A stretch of DNA of 32,000 nucleotides from Xanthomonas campestris pv. campestris str. ATCC 33913 (GTDB lineage Bacteria > Pseudomonadota > Gammaproteobacteria > Xanthomonadales > Xanthomonadaceae). Below are positions 8,221 through 16,266 of the stretch, one piece after another. The translations under genes and the position numbers were made by a program. The DNA lies in contig NC_003902.1 in assembly GCF_000007145.1 (NCBI RefSeq), positions 5,044,188-5,076,187 on the forward strand, written 5' to 3'. How positions within the stretch are numbered: the first letter of the stretch is position 1; the number at the start of each line of letters is the position of its first letter. A model generated the notes under the pieces. The model was not told the DNA's origin, did no database searches, and worked only from the letters and a program-made list of their open reading frames with translations.

Positions 8221-9429
8221 CGCATAGGCCTGCGCCTGCTCCATCACCCGCAGCAGATTCCCACCCCAGATGCCGGCGATCTGCGGCTCGCTATAGCCCT
8301 TGCGCAGCAGCCAGGCGGTGATGCGCGGCAGGTCGGAGACGTCTTCCAGCCCGACCACGCCACCGCCGCCATCCCAGTCCATGCCGATTCCCACATGCGC
8401 GGGCCCGGCGACGGCGAGCACGTGCTCCAGATGCGCGAAGAAATCCTCTTCGGTCGCGCGCTTGACCGGGTAGCGCGCATCCAGCGCCTTGAGCGCTTCA
8501 CTCAGGGCGGTGCCGTCGGACATCTTCAGATGCTCCCAGCCGCCGTATTGGTCGGCCAGCGCCTTCTCGGCGGCCTTGCGCTCGGGGCTGGCGCCGCTGT
8601 CGATGAGATAGCCGCCATACGAATTCACCTGGATCACCCCGCCGTGCGCGGCCAGCACCTTCAGGCGTGCGTCGTCGATGTTGCGCGGGTGGTTGTAGAC
8701 CGCCCGCGCGCCGCTGTGCGAGAGCACGATCGGCACCGGCGACAGCGCGATCAACTGGTCGAACACCGCATCGGAGGCATGCGATTGATCGATCACGATG
8801 CCCAGTGCCTGCTGCACCAGCTGCTTGCCGGCCGGGCTCAGGCCTTTCCACTCGGCCCCTTTCGGGTCGGTGGCCGAATCGGCGAACTCGTTGTTGAGAA
8901 AATGCACCGTGCTCATCAGCCGCAGGCCCTGCGCGTAATAAAAGCGCAACAGCGACGGGTCGGCCACCAGCGGGCTGGCGTTTTCCATGCTGATGTACAC
9001 CACGCGTTTGCCGGCGGCCTTGATGCGGGCGGCATCGGCGGGCGTGGTGGCCAGCGCGAAGCGTTGCGGCTGCGCGGCCAGCAGGTTGTGGATCTTCATC
9101 AGCCGCTGCAGGCCGGCGTCGCGGTCATCGAGATGCGCGGCTGCGCTGCGATTGCCTTGCCCGGTATAGACCGCCCAGAAGCCGCCATCGAGCGCGCCTT
9201 CGAGCATGCGCGGGTAGTCCACCTGCGACAGCCGATTGCCGGCATGGCCCTGCATCACATCGAAATCGCCGCGCTCCAGATTGGCCGGCGTGTCCAGGTG
9301 CGAATCCAGCGTGACCAGTCGCTTTTGCAGTGCGCTGGCGCGGGCCAGCTCGGCATCGGAAAACTCCATCGCGTGTGCCGAGGTGGTGGCGGCCAGCAAC
9401 AACGACAGATACAGCGTGTGCAGTTTCAT
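8185..9429 (-). CDS. Secreted/periplasmic membrane dipeptidase (peptidase M19 family)
   Basis: 414 aa with signal peptide MKLHTLYLSLLLAATTSAHA. LDSHLDTP, VIDQSHASD, IVLSHSGARAVYNHPRNIDD and GIGMDWDGGGG...IWGGNLLRVM resemble the renal-dipeptidase fold. The C-terminal AGNRESGVGNR is encoded by the heptad repeat. Confidence 0.88.
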   Translation of the reverse strand: MKLHTLYLSLLLAATTSAHAMEFSDAELARASALQKRLVTLDSHLDTPANLERGDFDVMQGHAGNRLSQVDYPRMLEGALDGGFWAVYTGQGNRSAAAHLDDRDAGLQRLMKIHNLLAAQPQRFALATTPADAARIKAAGKRVVYISMENASPLVADPSLLRFYYAQGLRLMSTVHFLNNEFADSATDPKGAEWKGLSPAGKQLVQQALGIVIDQSHASDAVFDQLIALSPVPIVLSHSGARAVYNHPRNIDDARLKVLAAHGGVIQVNSYGGYLIDSGASPERKAAEKALADQYGGWEHLKMSDGTALSEALKALDARYPVKRATEEDFFAHLEHVLAVAGPAHVGIGMDWDGGGGVVGLEDVSDLPRITAWLLRKGYSEPQIAGIWGGNLLRVMEQAQAYAAGNRESGVGNR

Positions 9430-9574
9430 GCGGTCTCGCTTGCAGGGGGGGTCACCGGATCATAGCCGCAGGTGTCGGCGCGGCGGGCGCCCGCACTGCG
9501 TCATCGGCTGGCCGCCATCGGGCGGGCGCAGCGGTGCAATGTCCACCGGTGCCACAGCACGAACGCCGACCGCG

Positions 9575-9603
9575 TTGCATAACCGAATAATCCATCTTCA
9601 AAT
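9575..9603 (+). promoter_or_regulatory. Candidate sigma70 promoter for the HExxH protein gene
   Basis: TTGCAT (9575..9580), a 17-nt spacer, then TCAAAT (9598..9603), in the only AT-rich patch of the divergent intergenic region. Confidence 0.4.
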
Positions 9604-9738
9604 CAATTGCAGACCCGCGCGCGCTGCGCACACTTGCGCCGCCGCCACTCCAACGGCCTGCCACCGCCCTCGCTTCGCCACACCGCCTCGGCGTTTGTGC
9701 GGTGGCGTGCGCGCCTTCACTCATGCCCGAGCGCCCTC

Positions 9739-11610
9739 ATGCCCAACGCATCGCCTGCATTGCCCCGCCGCCTGCCCGCCCGCCGTCTGCTGGCCGCCGC
9801 CCTGATCGCCACCGGGCTGCTGGGTGCCGCCTCCACCGCCAGTGCGGCCTGCACGGCCGGTCCCTGGACTGCGCGCGCCAACGAAGCCGGCATGCCACCG
9901 GTGCGTTATGAAACCACGCACTTTGCGTTCCGCTGGAATGGCGACGGCGTGTCCAGCGCCGACGTCCGCGCGGCTGGCGAGCACCTGGAGATGGTCTGGG
10001 ACACCTTCATCAATCGCCTGCAATTTCCCGAGCCGGCCTGCAACAGCACCACCAAGACCAAGGCCAGCATCCACCTGGATCCGGGCTTCGGGCTGAGCGG
10101 CGGGGTCACCGGCAGCGGCAACATGGGCATGTGGATGGCACCGGGCGGCCTGCGCGATCACTGGGGCCTGGCACACGAACTCACGCACGCACTGCAGGGG
10201 CAGACGCAAAGCCTGCGCGACTCCGACTACACCGGCTGGATCTGGGAATCGCACGCCAACTGGATGACCCACCAGCTACCGGAATTCCACGCCAGCGACG
10301 TGCATTGCTCCAGCATGCTGGTGAACTACCCGCACCTGTATCTGGGCTCCACCCGCGACCGCTACTGCAACTGGCAGTTCCTGGAATACCTCAAGAACCG
10401 CTACGGATACGCCATCGTCAACGACCTGTGGGCCAAGGCGCCCAAGCCGGGCGATCCGGCGCAACGCAGTGCCGACCCGTTTTCGGTACTCCGCACCAAC
10501 ATGGGCTGGACGCAGGCGCAGTTGAACGATGTGTTCGGCGACTGGGCGCTGCGCAACGTCAACTGGGACTACACCAACCCCGATGGCAGCGATCAGGGCG
10601 CGCTGTACCGCGCGCGCTACGGCAGCAACCTGGCGTTCGATCCGCAACGCACCCAGGACTGGGACAACCGCGACCGCGCGCTGCGCATGACCGTGCTCGA
10701 CCCGGTCGCCGGCCAGGCCAACCGCTACCGCGTGCCGTTCGAATGGGCGCCACAGCGCTGGGGCTACAACCTGGTGCAGTTGATCCCCGCTGCCGGCGCC
10801 ACCAGCATCGGCGTGAGCTTCGAAGGCCAGGTGCAGACTGCGCCCGCGGTCACCGCATTGCCCGGCCTGGTGACCGACCCGGCCAGTATTCCGACGCCGG
10901 ATTCGGACTGGCGCTGGGGCGTGGTCAGCATCGACAGCAGCGGCCGCGCGCGCTACAGCGCCCTGCAGCGCGGCGCCAAAGCCAGCGTCACCGTGGCCCT
11001 GCGCAGCGGCGACCGCGCGGTGTACCTGATGGTGATGGGCGCGCCCACCAACATGCACAAGATCAAGTGGGACCAGTCCTACTACGCGATCTATCGCTAC
11101 CCGTGGAGCGTGACCCTGAGCAACGCCGCTGCGGCCGGCAGCCAGCCCGGCGCGCCCACGCCCACGCCGGTGGGCCGCCGGCATGCCAACGGCGGTGGCT
11201 GGGTGGCCAACACCGCCAATGTCGCCTCCACCGCCTATGTGGGCCCGTTCGCGCGCGTGCTGGCCGGCAACGTGCTGGGCAATGCGCGCATCGACGGCCA
11301 CGCCACGGTGATGGGCGGCACCGTGCAGGGCAACGCCGTGCTCGGCGGGCTGACCGTATGGCACCCCGGCGCGGTGATCGGCAACACCGCGCAGGCCCAG
11401 ACCGTGTTCATGGGCCCGGGCGCCTTCGGTGCGGTCGCCGTGGCCGGCACCACCCAGGTGCGTGGCGATCTGGAACTGCGCGAAGGCACCACACCTAGCC
11501 AGGGCGTGTTCTACGGCTATGCCGACACCGAGACGATGCGCAACCCTGAGTTCGGTGCAGACCTGCGCCAGGCGGTGCCGGAGATCACTGCGCGGCCGGC
11601 GGGCTGGTAA
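9739..11610 (+). CDS. Secreted HExxH(+E) zinc-metalloprotease-like protein with C-terminal beta-helix-like repeats (possibly AvrXca/Svx family)
   Basis: Track ORF is 9607..11610. I prefer ATG 9739 (MPNASPALPRRLPARRLLAAALIATGLLGAASTASA|AC), which gives a signal peptide with an RR motif. HELTH lies at residues 146-150 and a Glu 20 residues after the second His (WIWE170), a thermolysin-like spacing. The C-terminal ~110 aa carries periodic V/I-G-N repeats (VLAGNVLGNARIDGHATVMGGTVQGNAVLGGLTVW). Confidence 0.85.
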   Translation: MPNASPALPRRLPARRLLAAALIATGLLGAASTASAACTAGPWTARANEAGMPPVRYETTHFAFRWNGDGVSSADVRAAGEHLEMVWDTFINRLQFPEPACNSTTKTKASIHLDPGFGLSGGVTGSGNMGMWMAPGGLRDHWGLAHELTHALQGQTQSLRDSDYTGWIWESHANWMTHQLPEFHASDVHCSSMLVNYPHLYLGSTRDRYCNWQFLEYLKNRYGYAIVNDLWAKAPKPGDPAQRSADPFSVLRTNMGWTQAQLNDVFGDWALRNVNWDYTNPDGSDQGALYRARYGSNLAFDPQRTQDWDNRDRALRMTVLDPVAGQANRYRVPFEWAPQRWGYNLVQLIPAAGATSIGVSFEGQVQTAPAVTALPGLVTDPASIPTPDSDWRWGVVSIDSSGRARYSALQRGAKASVTVALRSGDRAVYLMVMGAPTNMHKIKWDQSYYAIYRYPWSVTLSNAAAAGSQPGAPTPTPVGRRHANGGGWVANTANVASTAYVGPFARVLAGNVLGNARIDGHATVMGGTVQGNAVLGGLTVWHPGAVIGNTAQAQTVFMGPGAFGAVAVAGTTQVRGDLELREGTTPSQGVFYGYADTETMRNPEFGADLRQAVPEITARPAGW

Positions 11611-11627
11611 TCAAGCTGTCGCGCTGA

Positions 11628-11652
11628 GCGTTGTCTGCCCCGCAGACAGCGC
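11628..11652 (+). terminator. Hairpin after the HExxH gene (terminator candidate, no U-tract)
   Basis: gcgttgtctgc ccc gcagacagcgc forms an 11-bp stem (one G.U pair) with a 3-nt loop, 18 nt after the stop, between convergent genes. Confidence 0.3.
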
Positions 11653-11832
11653 GCGCGGGCCAGGGAGGCCGTGCGTGCGGTGCTGGCGCGATCACGACTG
11701 TGGATCGCGCAGCACGCGTGTCTTTGTTGCGCGTGCGGTGACACGCGTGAGTAGCCAGGCAACGCGCGCATCGGACACCCATCGCGTGCCGATCAACAGC
11801 CTGCGCTCACACTGCCGCGCGCACCGGCCCGC

Positions 11833-12150
11833 TCAATCGTCGAGTTCGGCCAGCCGTGCACGCACGCTGTCGGCATCGATGTGGTCGCGCAGGTGCGGCC
11901 ACTGCCGTGCCCACACCGACAGGAACACGATCCAGGCGCCAAACACGCCCAGGCAGGTCGAACCCAGCGCCAGGATCAGCGGATGCAGCGGCGACTGCAC
12001 GCCGGTCTTGAACAGATACATGAAGGCTCCGGCGAACAGCAGCCACACACCGAACACCGGCCAATTGCTGGCCAGCAGGCTGGTGTTGGGGCGCTCGATC
12101 TGCCGCAACAACCGGCGCAGCGCCTTGCGTTCGTCGTCGTGGGTGGTCAT
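11833..12150 (-). CDS. Small two-TM membrane protein, unknown function
   Basis: Track ORF is 11833..12285. I prefer ATG 12150 (MTTHDDERKALRRLLRQIERPNTSLLASNWPVFGVWLLFAGAFMYLF...LILALGSTCLGVFGAWIVFLSVWA). It has two clear hydrophobic helices and high GC3. I recognise no family. Confidence 0.55.
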   Translation of the reverse strand: MTTHDDERKALRRLLRQIERPNTSLLASNWPVFGVWLLFAGAFMYLFKTGVQSPLHPLILALGSTCLGVFGAWIVFLSVWARQWPHLRDHIDADSVRARLAELDD

Positions 12151-12358
12151 CGCCAGGCCTCTGCTGCGGGATGTGGAGGGCGGCAACCCACTGGCTGCCA
12201 GGCGCGCGGTGATGGGCGCACGTGCAGCGCGGTCCGTGTAGCCATGTGCCCCGTGCATGGTGCCAGGGCATGGCGCGGGCATCACGCCTCGATCGTACTG
12301 CGGCCCGCGTCATCGCCCCCGCCGATACCCACGGCACCGGCAAGGAGCAAGGACGTTG

Positions 12359-13528
12359 TCAGTCGACCACGCGGCAGAACACCGCCTTGAGATAACGCGA
12401 TTCCTGCACGTGCGCCATGAACGGATGGTCCGGGCCGGCACCGGCGACTTTCAGGATCTGGATGGTGCGCCCGGAGAAATACGAAGCGCGCCGCAGCATG
12501 TCCAGAAACTCCTGCTCAGCCACCAGGCCGGTGCACGAGAAGGTCGCAAACAGGCCACCCGGCTTGACCACGCCCAGCGCCAGCTTGTTCATGTCCAGAT
12601 ACTTCTTCAGCGCCGGAATCACCTGCTCGCGGTCGCGGGTCATCTTGGCCGGGTCCAGGATCACCACGTCGTATTTCTCGCCGCGGTTGGCCGCATCGCG
12701 CAGCCACGGAAAGATGTCGGCCTGCACGAACTTCGGGCGCACGTTGTTGAGCTTGGCGTTGCCCTTGGCAATGGCGATCACGTCTTCGTCGATGTCCACG
12801 CCCAGCACCTCGGTGGCGCCGCGCGCAGCCGCATACACCGCAAACCCGCCGGTGTTGCAGCACAGGTCCAGCACGGTCTTGTCCTTGACCTGCTCGCTCA
12901 GCCACTGGCGGTTCTCGCGCTGGTCGGCAAAGAAACCGGTCTTGTGCGCACCGGCCGGGTCGGCACGGAACTTGATGCCGTACTCGGTGATCACCGACGC
13001 TTCGGTGGTGGTGTTGCTGTGGAAATCGAAGCTTTCCTGCTTTTGCACATGCTCATCGGCAAAGCTGTGGAAACGGCAGCCCGGGAACTGCTCGCGCAAG
13101 GCCTCGTAGATCCACTCGCGGTGGCGGAACATGCCGGCGGCGAAGAATTCCACCACCACCAGGTCGCCATAGCGGTCCACCACCAGCCCGGACAGGCCAT
13201 CGCCTTCGCTATGCACCACGCGCCAGGCATCGGACACGCCATCGAGCTGCAGCCAGTCGCGGCGCAGGCTCACCGCCGCGGCGATCTTGCGCGAGAACCA
13301 GCCCGCATCCACCGGCACCGACTGGTCGGTTTCCAGGATGCGCACGGCAATACGCGAATGGCCGTTGTAGAAGCCGCGGCCGATCCATTCCCCGTCCACG
13401 CCGACCACATCGACGATGGTGCCGGGCTTGGGCTTGGCGGCGGGCTTTTCCACCAGCTTCTGGAAGATCCACGGGTGGCTGGAGCGCCACGCATTCTTGA
13501 GTCGGACGACGGGGACAGGAGTATTCAT
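12359..13528 (-). CDS. rlmI: PUA-domain class I SAM-dependent 23S rRNA m5C methyltransferase (RlmI-like)
   Basis: 389 aa with AGGTGA SD before ATG 13528. HPWIFQKLV..., DGLSGLVVDRYGDLVVVEF, TGFFADQRENR, VLDLCCNTGGFAVYAA and DVVILDPAKM match the RlmI/RlmK architecture. Confidence 0.9.
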   Translation of the reverse strand: MNTPVPVVRLKNAWRSSHPWIFQKLVEKPAAKPKPGTIVDVVGVDGEWIGRGFYNGHSRIAVRILETDQSVPVDAGWFSRKIAAAVSLRRDWLQLDGVSDAWRVVHSEGDGLSGLVVDRYGDLVVVEFFAAGMFRHREWIYEALREQFPGCRFHSFADEHVQKQESFDFHSNTTTEASVITEYGIKFRADPAGAHKTGFFADQRENRQWLSEQVKDKTVLDLCCNTGGFAVYAAARGATEVLGVDIDEDVIAIAKGNAKLNNVRPKFVQADIFPWLRDAANRGEKYDVVILDPAKMTRDREQVIPALKKYLDMNKLALGVVKPGGLFATFSCTGLVAEQEFLDMLRRASYFSGRTIQILKVAGAGPDHPFMAHVQESRYLKAVFCRVVD

Positions 13529-13550
13529 TCACCTATTGTATCCGGCTGGA

Positions 13551-13579
13551 TTGACGCGCCCGCCCCCGGCCCGCAGAAT
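13551..13579 (+). promoter_or_regulatory. Sigma70-like promoter driving the riboswitch-terC transcript
   Basis: TTGACG (13551..13556), a 17-nt spacer, then CAGAAT (13574..13579). The predicted TSS falls just before the riboswitch P1. Confidence 0.55.
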
Positions 13580-13580
13580 C

Positions 13581-13708
13581 GGCCGCAGAAGGGGAGTAGC
13601 TCCCAGCGTTGTCGCCGTCATTACGAGCCCTGCCTGTCAGGCGCTCCGGTGCAACGGCAACCGGCCCGGCCGGTTGCGAGCGAGACCTTCGCCGCGCAGG
13701 CGAAGGTC
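13581..13708 (+). promoter_or_regulatory. yybP-ykoY (Mn2+) riboswitch plus competing expression-platform hairpin
   Basis: The conserved cores GAAGGGGAGUAGC (13588..13600) and GCGAGCGAGACCUUC (13676..13690) are present. It sits upstream of a TerC-family gene, a classic context. A 10-bp hairpin, gaccttcgcc/ggcgaaggtc (13684..13693 with 13699..13708), re-uses the 3' half of P1. Confidence 0.85.
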
Positions 13709-13791
13709 CGTCACCCGGAATCCACGATTTCCGTGTCACAAGGCCTCAGCCCTACCGGCTGTCCAGGTCGTTTTCACTTTTCGGGATTCTT

Positions 13792-14748
13792 ATGCAAACC
13801 ATTGGCAATGTCTGGTTATGGGGTGGCTTCGCGGTCGTGGTGATCGCGGCGCTGATGATCGATCTGGTGCTGATGCGCCACGGCGGTGCCCACAAGGTCA
13901 CCTTCAAGGAAGCCACCTGGTGGAGCATCGGCTGGGTGCTGCTGGCGCTGGCCTTCAATGCCGGGCTGTGGTGGTACCTGCAAGGCAGCGTGGGCGATGC
14001 GCAGGCCGACCAGATCGGGCTGCAGTTCCTCACCGGCTACCTGGTGGAAAAATCCCTGGCAGTCGACAACATCTTCGTGTTCCTGATGGTCATGACCTAC
14101 TTCGGCGTGCCCGAGGAACAGCGCCAGCGCGTGCTGATCATCGGCGTGCTCGGCGCGATCGTGCTGCGCGCGATCATGATTTTCGCCGGCTCGATGTTGC
14201 TGGCCAAGTTCCATTGGCTGCTGTACGTGTTCGGCGCATTCCTGCTGCTGACCGGCATCAAGATGTGGTTCTCCGCCGGCAAGGAGCCGGACCTGGAAGC
14301 CAACCCGGTGCTGCGCTGGATGCGTGGCCACCTGCGCCTGAGCCCGCAGTACCACGGCAACCTGCTGAGCGTGATCAAGGATGGCAAGCGCTGGTTCACC
14401 CCGCTGTTCGTGGTGTTGATCCTGATCGCGGTGATCGATGTGATCTTCGCGGTGGACAGCATCCCGGCGATCTTCGCGATCACCACCGACCCGTTCATCG
14501 TGCTGACCTCCAACGTGTTCGCGGTGCTGGGCCTGCGCGCGATGTTCTTCCTGCTGGCCGGCATGGCCGACCGCTTCCACCTGCTGCCGTACGGGCTGGC
14601 GGTGATCCTGGTGTTCATCGGCACCAAGATGATGATCATCGATCTCTACAAGATCCCGGTGCTGGTCTCGCTGGCCGTGGTGGTCGCCATCCTGGTCGCC
14701 ACCATCGTGCTGAGCCTGCTGCGCCCGGCGAAGCCGGCTGGGCACTGA
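13792..14748 (+). CDS. TerC/Alx-family integral membrane protein (putative Mn2+/metal exporter)
   Basis: Track ORF is 13609..14748. The upstream part is riboswitch RNA, so I start at ATG 13792 (MQTIGNVWLWGGFAVVVIAALMIDLVLMRH...). FLTGYLVEKSLAVDNIFVF and AVDSIPAIFAITTDPFIVLTSNVFAVLGLRAMFF are the duplicated TerC motifs. Confidence 0.9.
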   Translation: MQTIGNVWLWGGFAVVVIAALMIDLVLMRHGGAHKVTFKEATWWSIGWVLLALAFNAGLWWYLQGSVGDAQADQIGLQFLTGYLVEKSLAVDNIFVFLMVMTYFGVPEEQRQRVLIIGVLGAIVLRAIMIFAGSMLLAKFHWLLYVFGAFLLLTGIKMWFSAGKEPDLEANPVLRWMRGHLRLSPQYHGNLLSVIKDGKRWFTPLFVVLILIAVIDVIFAVDSIPAIFAITTDPFIVLTSNVFAVLGLRAMFFLLAGMADRFHLLPYGLAVILVFIGTKMMIIDLYKIPVLVSLAVVVAILVATIVLSLLRPAKPAGH

Positions 14749-14784
14749 GGGGCTGGGATTGGGGGATTGGGGATTCGTGAAGGG
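14749..14784 (+). repeat. GGGATTG-type heptad repeat, G4-capable, immediately after the terC stop
   Basis: GGGGCTGGGATTGGGGGATTGGGGATTCGTGAAGGG has five G-tracts of >=3 on the sense strand and starts 1 nt after the TGA at 14746..14748. Confidence 0.8.
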
Positions 14785-14812
14785 CAGCGCCGCGTGTGCT
14801 GCTCGTCTCTGG

Positions 14813-14957
14813 CGCACCGACCATCTTGAGGGGTCCCTGCCCGCCCACCATCGCGGGCCCTGACGCGGTATGGATGCCGCGTCAGCGCTTACAGGGATGT
14901 ACTTGCGGCGTGTCGCGACGGTGGGCGGGCAAGGGCGCTGCAGCCAAGCGACAGATC
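14813..14957 (+). repeat. ~145-bp palindromic REP/MITE-like element, copy 1
   Basis: The outer arms ccctgcccgcccaccatcgcggg and cgcgacggtgggcgggcaaggg are inverted repeats. The inner hairpin is ctgacgcgg-N8-ccgcgtcag. A second copy lies 273 bp downstream in direct orientation. Confidence 0.8.
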
Positions 14958-15085
14958 AACAATCAGAAGCTAGGTGAGTCGAGGGCGCGGTGCCCTCACC
15001 GCTCGCGGGACACGCCGTGAACCCGTCCCGCAAGCGGCGAGGACACCACACCAGACAGTTTGTAGGTGGCTTTGTTGAAAACATG

Positions 15086-15233
15086 CACACCGACCAGCTC
15101 CGACTGGTCCTTGCCCGCCCACCGTCGCGGGACCTTACGCGGCAGGGATGCCGCGTAAGCGCTTTACAAGGATGTACTTGCAGCGTGTCCCGCGATGATG
15201 GGCGGGCAAGGGCCCTGCAGCCAAGCCGCAGAT
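15086..15233 (+). repeat. ~145-bp palindromic REP/MITE-like element, copy 2
   Basis: Aligns end to end with 14813..14957 (ggtccttgcccgcccaccgtcgcggga...tcccgcgatgatgggcgggcaagggccctgcagccaagccgcagatc), with scattered substitutions and small indels. Confidence 0.8.
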
Positions 15234-15294
15234 CGTCCAGGGTGATGCGCCAACGATCGGCGCCGGGAGTGGATTATCCCGTCGCCGGGCCTGC

Positions 15295-15323
15295 TTATCC
15301 CGAGCCGCATAGGCTTGTAAAAA
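15295..15323 (+). promoter_or_regulatory. Candidate promoter for the rhomboid gene
   Basis: TTATCC, a 17-nt spacer, then TAAAAA. The -35 is the second of two TTATCCCG direct repeats (15275.. and 15295..). Confidence 0.35.
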
Positions 15324-15349
15324 ACCCGTGCGACGCCATCCGTGAAGGC

Positions 15350-16138
15350 ATGACCTCGCATCCTGTTGCCATCGCCGACGCCCCCACGCAAGACCGCCTG
15401 GATCGCTCCCGGGTCTTGCGTGCCTTCAACCTCAGCCTCGCTGCCGTGCTGCTGCTGGTGGCCGTGTTCACCGCCCAGGGCATGTTCGACTGGCGTGCGT
15501 GGGCGGTGGCGCCACTGCAGGCCGACGGGCTCATCGGCATCCTCACCGCGCCACTGTTGCACGGCTCACTCGCCCATCTGGGCGCCAATGCGGCCGCACT
15601 GCTGATCCTGGGCACCCTCGCCGGCAGCGTGTATCCGCGTGCCACCGCGATGGCGTTGCCGCTGCTGTGGCTGGGCTCGGGCCTGGGTGCATGGCTGCTG
15701 GGCGACCCCGGCAGCCGCCACCTGGGGGCGAGCGGTGTCACCCACGGGCTGATGTTCCTGGTGTTCGTGCTGGGCCTGCTGCGCCGCGACCGCCCGGCGA
15801 TCGCCACCAGCATGATCGCGTTCCTGTTCTACGGCGGCATGCTGATGACCATCCTGCCGCACGAAGCCGGCGTGTCCTGGCAATCGCATCTGGGCGGCGC
15901 GGTGGCCGGCCTGATTGCCGCGCTGCTGCTGCGCCTTCGCGACCCGCAACAGGCCAAGCCGCGCTACAGCTGGGACGACGAGGACGAAGACGCCGCCTGG
16001 GAGGTCAGCAACCCCGAGCACGCCATGCTGGAACCGCCGCCGCCGCGTCAGGTGCCGGTGCTGTGGCAACGCCAGGACGACGGCTCGGAAAACGTGGTGC
16101 TGCATTTCCCGCCACGCGAACGCCCGCCGGGCACGTAG
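15350..16138 (+). CDS. Rhomboid-family intramembrane serine protease
   Basis: Track ORF is 14990..16138, but its first 120 codons are translated repeat elements. I start at ATG 15350 (MTSHPVAIAD...), preceded by GAAGG. The catalytic motifs are HLGASGVTHGL (GxSG) and SWQSHLGGAVAG (His), in a 6-TM-like profile. Confidence 0.85.
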   Translation: MTSHPVAIADAPTQDRLDRSRVLRAFNLSLAAVLLLVAVFTAQGMFDWRAWAVAPLQADGLIGILTAPLLHGSLAHLGANAAALLILGTLAGSVYPRATAMALPLLWLGSGLGAWLLGDPGSRHLGASGVTHGLMFLVFVLGLLRRDRPAIATSMIAFLFYGGMLMTILPHEAGVSWQSHLGGAVAGLIAALLLRLRDPQQAKPRYSWDDEDEDAAWEVSNPEHAMLEPPPPRQVPVLWQRQDDGSENVVLHFPPRERPPGT

Positions 16139-16187
16139 TGCGCGTTCTGCAGGCGACTAACCAAGTAATCAGTGCTGTGCCGCGTTT

Positions 16188-16255
16188 GTAGGAGCGCGCT
16201 TGCGCGCGATGAAGCGTCACCGGTAACGCCCCATCGCGCGCAAGCGCGCTCCTAC
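16188..16255. repeat. GTAG-type REP palindrome, copy 1
   Basis: GTAGGAGCGCGCTTGCGCGCGATG-N20-CATCGCGCGCAAGCGCGCTCCTAC has perfect 24-bp arms. It lies between the convergent rhomboid and glpQ genes. Confidence 0.9.
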
Positions 16256-16266
16256 GTATGCGTTGC

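Noticed and set aside
7919-8227. 102-aa P/A/S/T-rich plus-strand ORF in the C-rich tract
   Set aside because: Its composition simply reflects translation of the C-rich strand. It has no SD or motif, and it overlaps the repeat tract and the dipeptidase 3' end.
9674-9698. Imperfect HrpX PIP box (TTCGC-N15-TTTGT) upstream of the HExxH/Avr-like gene
   Set aside because: One half-site is mismatched. No YANNNT -10 element lies 30-32 nt downstream, and that position falls almost on the ATG at 9739. The TTGCAT-17-TCAAAT promoter further upstream is a better fit. It remains worth testing if the gene proves hrp-regulated.
14990-15349. First 120 codons of track ORF 14990..16138 (rhomboid)
   Set aside because: This stretch is a translation of the palindromic repeat element (copy 2) and its flanks. 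The rhomboid core begins at MTSHPV (ATG 15350), which has an adjacent GAAGG.
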